Below are positions 58,715 to 64,000 of a stretch of 64,000 nt of DNA, one piece after another. Every line of letters begins with the position of its first letter. Position 1 is the first letter of the stretch. The stretch spans positions 124,001 through 188,000 of the forward strand of contig NIVC01001184.1 of the NCBI GenBank assembly GCA_002269645.1. Reading direction: 5' to 3'. The translations under genes and the position numbers were made by a program. The notes under the pieces were generated by a model that saw only the letters and a program-made list of their open reading frames with translations, was not told the DNA's origin and did not search any database. The stretch is from Macrostomum lignano (Eukaryota).

Positions 58715-59210
58715 CACAATTAATGTCATACTTCGAAGCAAGGACCACTGTAGTGTAACAAACAGGATGTGAAAATCAAAGATCGTGTAATTTTTCGGAG
58801 GCCCATTTCCTGGAGAAAAGTACACTGCGGAGAGAGAAAAATATAATTTTTACCACAAAGTCAATGATTGCAACATTTTAACAAATATACTTGATTGTAA
58901 AAGGAGAAGTTTTTGATTAATTTAAAATTTTGGTTTGGGCTTTTGAAATAAAAAACACTATGAAAATGAAACTTTCACGACATAACTATAAAATACAACA
59001 CAGCAACATCTTTTGCATGTTAAATTAAAAAAGGGTAATTTTGACTGCCACAAATCAAATGCAATCATTGATTTTGTGATGAAAAAAGATTTTACCTATC
59101 TCCACAGTGTATTTTTCCAGGAAATTTACATCTAAGAATATACACGATCTTTGAGTTTTACGTCTTGCTATACTACAGTGGTGCTTGCTTTAAGGTGCTA
59201 TACATTACAG
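58715..59210. mobile_element. MITE/foldback with long imperfect TIRs (about 120-140 bp)
   Basis: aagcaaggaccactgtagt..caaagatcgtgta..ttcctgga..tacactg mirrored at 59090-59190. Confidence 0.65.
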
Positions 59211-59352
59211 GTCAATTTAATAATCCGTTAACTGCTATAAGTTTGCAGATAAACTTTTAGCATTTTTACTTCCAATAAAATATTCACAGTTCCGATTGAA
59301 AGATTACACAATTGGTAGATTAAAGTTTACAATAGTACATTACGATATATTG

Positions 59353-62300
59353 TTAAAGAGCAACATAACCAGGCTCGTATTCAGTAGCAAAATCTTCAAA
59401 GAACTCTTTGATTCGACGAAATGTGGCCCGAGACTTTCGCGACTTGCTCCAGCATTCGTTCAACATGAACTCATACAGTCTGAAAGAGGGACAGAGACCA
59501 ATTTTTGTACACCAAGCCCTAAATTACTGTTAAGAAAAAGACATAGACTAGGGGGGTGGGGGTTGAGTGCAAGTAAGAAAAGGAGGGGGTGGAGTGCGCG
59601 ACTAAGGAAAGAGGCGCGATTGAAGAACCAATCAGAAGGCAGCGAGGGTGAGAAAGATAAGAACAAGTAAGAAAAGGAGGGGTGGAGTGCGCGACTAAGG
59701 AAAGAGGCACGATTGAAGAACCAATCAGAAGGCAGCGAGGGTGAGAGAGATAAGAACAAGACTGAACCACAGAGGATAAATTTTTGTCCTCCAGAATATA
59801 CTAGAATAGAATATACTAGAATAACAAAATGGGCCACTCAGCACATTTGCGTGTAAACTGCTTTCAGTTCAGTAGTAAGTGAAACAGAAAAATTAAAATT
59901 TTCAAGACAAGGCTCATTTATTGGCTCTTACCCCCCAGCCTAAACCCTTCAACCGTGCCCCCCCCACCCCGCCCCAATTTTTATTGCCTTTCTCGGAATT
60001 CCAGCCTAAAGCTGCCATGTACATTTCAGTGGACAGGCTAATGTACATTATTGCTGAACCAATTAGCAAGCTGTTTACGCTTGGGCTTCTAAACTTATCA
60101 AAGTAATTTCAGCTGCCTTTATTTCTATAAAATTGCTTCTGAATTCTTCTTTGCTACTGAACTGAAAGTAGAAAGCTGTTTTACTAAGTATATGCCTGAG
60201 TGGGCTATCTAGCTAATTTAGTATCTGTGGCCTATTTAGAAAGAAGGGAGCATGAGCATTTAATATAGCATTGTGCGAGTGTTTTCCACTCTACGGTGTA
60301 TCGCAGTTAGACATCCATAATTGTACTCACTTGCTGGCCGTTGCTTCATTGAGTCCGTAATCAGTGAGCTTGATGTTCATTGTGGCACCCTTGGCCACAC
60401 GCTCCTGAACTTCAGAGACGCGCCAGCTCTTATAGGGCTTCTCGCCCCGAGAGAACACTTCGAAAATGACAATTCCAAACGACCAGACATCGGATTTGAT
60501 GGTGAAGAGCCCCTTCGAGATGCACTCTGGAGCACTCCAGCGCAGAGGGAACGCCGAGTTCTTGCGATAATACTCGGTTTCTACAAGTCTTGCTAGACCG
60601 AAGTCGGCAACCTTCACTAGAAACTCGTTGTACATGAGTATGTTGGCCGTGCGCAGGTCGGAGTGAATGTACTTGCGCTCCTCCAGGTACTTCATGCCGT
60701 CCGCTACCTGATGCAAATAGCCCATCATGTCGCGAGTTCTGATTGCCCTTTTTTCCCTGTCTTTGACTAAATTATGGTACAGAGAGCCCATTGGCATGTA
60801 CTCGGTTACAATGTAGTAGGGCTCTTCTCTCGTGCAAACTCCAATTAGTTGCACAATTTTCGGGTGGCTCAAGCTGTGCATTATTTTGGCCTCTTTGATA
60901 AAATCTTCAGTGGCGGTAGTCGACTCTGCGGCCATCTTTTTGACAGCGACTTGCAAGCAGGGGCCGAACTTGGCGAGATGCACCTGAGGGCGAGGTGGGA
61001 GCAGCACTTTCATTGATGGTTCAAAAATAATTTTAATAATCTATCATCCTCGCCTACTGGGACTCTATCATCTCTTATTGGGATTCTATCATCTCTTACT
61101 GGGATTCTATCATCTCTTACTGGGATTCTATCATCTCTTGCTGGGACTCTATCATCTCTTGCTGGGACTCTATCATCTCTTGCTGGGATTCTATCATCTC
61201 TTGCTCGGACTCTATCATCTCTTGCTGGGACTCTATCATCTCTGGCTGGGATTCTATCATCTCTTGCTGGGAGTCTATCATCTCTTGCTGGGATTCTATC
61301 ATCTCTTGCTCGGACTCTATCATCTCTTGCTGGGACTCTATCATCTCTTGCTGGGACTCTATCATCTCTGGCTGGGATTCTATCATCTCTGGCTGGGATT
61401 CTATCATCTCTTGCTGGGAGTCTATCATCTCTTGCTGGGATTCTATCATCTCTTATTAGGATTCAATCATCTCTTACTGGGATTCTATCATCTCTTACTG
61501 GGATTCTATCATCTCTTGCTGGGATTCTATCATCTCTTGCTGGGACTCTATCATCTCTTATTAGAATTCTATCATCTCTTATTAGAATTCTATCATCTCT
61601 TATTAGAATTCTATCATCTCTTATTGGGATTCTATCATCTCTTATTGGGATTCTATCATCTCTTACTGGGATTCTATCATCTCTTACTGGGATTCTATCA
61701 TCTCTTGCTGGGACTCTATCATCTCTTGCTGGGACTCTATCATCTCTTGCTGGGATTCTATCATCTCTTGCTCGGACTCTATCATCTCTTGCTGGGACTC
61801 TATCATCTCTTGCTGGGACTCTATCATCTCTGGCTGGGATTCTATCATCTCTTGCTGGGACTCTATCATCTCTTGCTGGGATTCTATTATCTCTTACTGG
61901 GATTCTATCATCTCTTATTGGGATTCTATCATCTCTTATTGGGATTCTTTCATCTCTTACTGGGATTCTATCATCTCCTACTGCAGGTACTCTTACCGTG
62001 CCAAAGCTTCCACTGCCAATCAGTTCGCTTATTTCGATTTGAGCTCTGTTGATCTCAAAGTCGCGGAAGTTCGGTGGCGGGATGTATTTGCGCGGACAGG
62101 GTCGAGCCAGTACCATCTGGCGGTCGTCAGAATCCTGCTGATAGTGAGCCAGCAGATCGGGCAGAGTCGCAAAAGTTCGCTGCGGACTCACATAGAACCC
62201 CGCGCCGTTCTCCATCGGCAGTATTCGATAATGACGGATAACAAAGCCTCTAGTTCCGTTAGAGTCGAAGGTGTCACAGCGGACGCTAAGAGAATAGCTG

Positions 62301-63315
62301 GGCAGGTGGGGCTGCAACAGTTGATCAGCTTGTCGGCTATAATGCGGTCTCAGCAGGTAAGTGCCGTTCTCTAAGCCGGGCATTCGAAGTAGCCGCTCAG
62401 ATTCTAATCGGTCGATTTCGAACCAGCAGTCGAGAGAAGCAGCCTGTGGATGAAGAAAGCGATTTTTAATGATTGGCTTCTAAAATCTCTTTTTGGCTAT
62501 AGAGAAAACGGGGATGATTCAGAAACTCTTTCACAACGTCGAAAGCGCCTTTCTTCACAAGGTCGAAATTTCACACCGTCAAAAATTTAATATAACAAAA
62601 ACTACAACAGGGGGCTGTAGCCTAGTGGTTAGAGCGTCGGACTCACGACTTGAAGGTCGGGGGTTTGATTCCCGATCCCACTGGAACAATTTGTGTCCTT
62701 GAGCAAGACACTTAAATCTGCATTGCTTCAGTTCAACCCAGCTGTAAAATGGGTGCCAGCATTAGCTGGGGTAAGCAGAGGCTGTGTGTGGCGACCCCCT
62801 AGTCCTTGGACTGAACAGCCGTACGCAGCCTTCAGATGGGCCGCGCATTAGCAGCGGCTGAGCTGTCGGTTGCACATCTGGCCCAATTGGGGCAGGTGTA
62901 ATAAAAAATAGCTATCTCACTAGATTTTCTTTTTTCGAACACAATAATTCACCTGACGTTTATCGGCAGTCTTCAACAGGTGCTTGGGCACGTAACCGGT
63001 GTCCCCACTGTCGTAGTGTCGGACCTGACACCAGTTCTCTCCCGGCTTCATGTCGAGCACCTCGACAATATCGCCAGCGCAAAATGACAGATCACCGGCG
63101 CAATTAGCCTCAAAAGTTTGGATGGCTTGCATAAAAACTTTCTCACACTCGGCACCGCGGCCGCCTGTGCTAGCGTTGACTACGGCGCCGGAGTTCGACA
63201 TGCTCCGATTGTCGCCCCGGGCATTGTTGCCGAAGTCTCGAGCGTCTACGTAGTCGGTTTCAGACGATCGACTTTTTGTATCGCGACGCCGCTGTCTGCT
63301 GAACAATTGACCCAT
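59353..63315 (-). CDS. Src-family-like non-receptor tyrosine kinase B (SH3, SH2, kinase), 529 aa
   Basis: Exons 62953-63315, 61997-62443, 60331-60983 and 59353-59479 total 1590 nt. Motifs: MGQLFS, SH2 YLLRP..RHYRI, GSGSFGTV, VAVK, HSDLRTAN, DFG, WSAPE, tail EDFATEYEPGYVAL*. Confidence 0.92.
59570..59760. repeat. 94-bp tandem duplication
   Basis: caagtaagaaaaggagg..ccaatcagaaggcagcgagggtgaga twice. Confidence 0.88.
59828..60209. mobile_element. MITE, same family, copy 2 (opposite orientation)
   Basis: Reverse complement aligns with 38689-39110 (shared gctgccatgtacatttcagtggac core); degenerate TIRs. Confidence 0.78.
61040..61982. repeat. 21-bp minisatellite, about 45 copies, filling an intron of kinase B
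   Basis: gggattctatcatctcttgct. Confidence 0.96.
62610..62910 (+). mobile_element. tRNA-derived SINE with a CORE-like central domain
   Basis: A box (tagcctagtggttagagc), degenerate B box (ggtttgattccc), gtgtccttgagcaagacacttaa..cagtt..ctgtaaaatggg, A-rich tail. Confidence 0.8.
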
Positions 63316-64000
63316 GATTGATAACTGGAAGCTTCCGGGGAACTGCGGTGGAGAAGTCGCAGCTAAAACAGCTTGTATTTCGTTTCGTTTTTTAGAAACC
63401 CTGCTACTACTAATACTACTACTATATACACGTACTCTCAATCCAAACTGAACTATCCAAACGTACACCCCAATCTCCTACTCTTGTGCAATGTTTAAGC
63501 TTCGGTTGCAGTTGCTAAAAATAGATGAGAGAAGAGAAATAAAGAATTAGAACAGGTAGAGATGCTCCGTAAGTTCGGCTTGGATTTGTTGCTCTGAGTA
63601 CGCTCTCGCATATTGCCTTTTCAGTGACTGTGAGAGACAATATGACAGACGGTGAGAAAATTAAATTGTTATTTTCTTCCTTTGCAAAGCTTTGGTTTGA
63701 AGACCTAAAATGACGAAGATAAGGCTACAAAATGATAAATTCTAGTAATACGGATCTTGAGTTTCTTCGCGTTTTCAATTAATGTACAATTGTGTACACT
63801 ATTCATGAAGCTAGCCATAGTACCAAATCGCTCAAACCTCTCACCGATGTATTCGGTAAGCTTAAAGAATTAAAGCTTTGGCTTGAAAAACTATCTCACA
63901 CAAATACTACTGATACGAGCATACGTGTGCACCCAGCAATACATTAAAATTTCCGCCCCGAAAAGCCAGTGGTCAACTCTTCTCAGATCTCAGGCCCACA

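Noticed and set aside
60327-60330. Apparently truncated kinase B (ORF stops at TASK*)
   Set aside because: The TGA lies within a gtgagt donor; the final exon at 59353-59479 completes the domain.
61078-62052. GFYHLLL / RDDRIP repeat ORFs
   Set aside because: A 21-bp minisatellite in a kinase intron; the true exon ends at the 61996 donor.
62611-62682. tRNA gene (CAC anticodon-like)
   Set aside because: The acceptor and anticodon stems pair poorly, the B box is mutated, and it continues into a SINE body.

Overview
This is eukaryotic (metazoan) genomic DNA with GT-AG introns packed with microsatellites and minisatellites. The style resembles a free-living flatworm such as Macrostomum, which is an inference only. 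I reconstructed four spliced protein-coding genes by hand, all on the minus strand, with consistent intron phases. (1) A 398-aa type I membrane protein with a signal peptide, three Ig-like domains and a short tail (3004-15478). (2) A complete SERCA Ca2+-ATPase (1000 aa; 20494-38224) carrying a tandem pair of 134-nt mutually exclusive exons for the luminal L7-8 loop plus helix M8, and up to three alternative C-termini. (3, 4) Two tandem, highly divergent Src-family kinases (50636-54774 and 59353-63315); one lacks the activation-loop Tyr and the other has HSD in place of HRD. The rest is about 30 tandem-repeat arrays, a decayed mariner element, several MITE/foldback elements and a tRNA-derived CORE-like SINE. 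Most long ORFs in the track are repeat artefacts. There are no rRNA, CRISPR or prokaryotic features.
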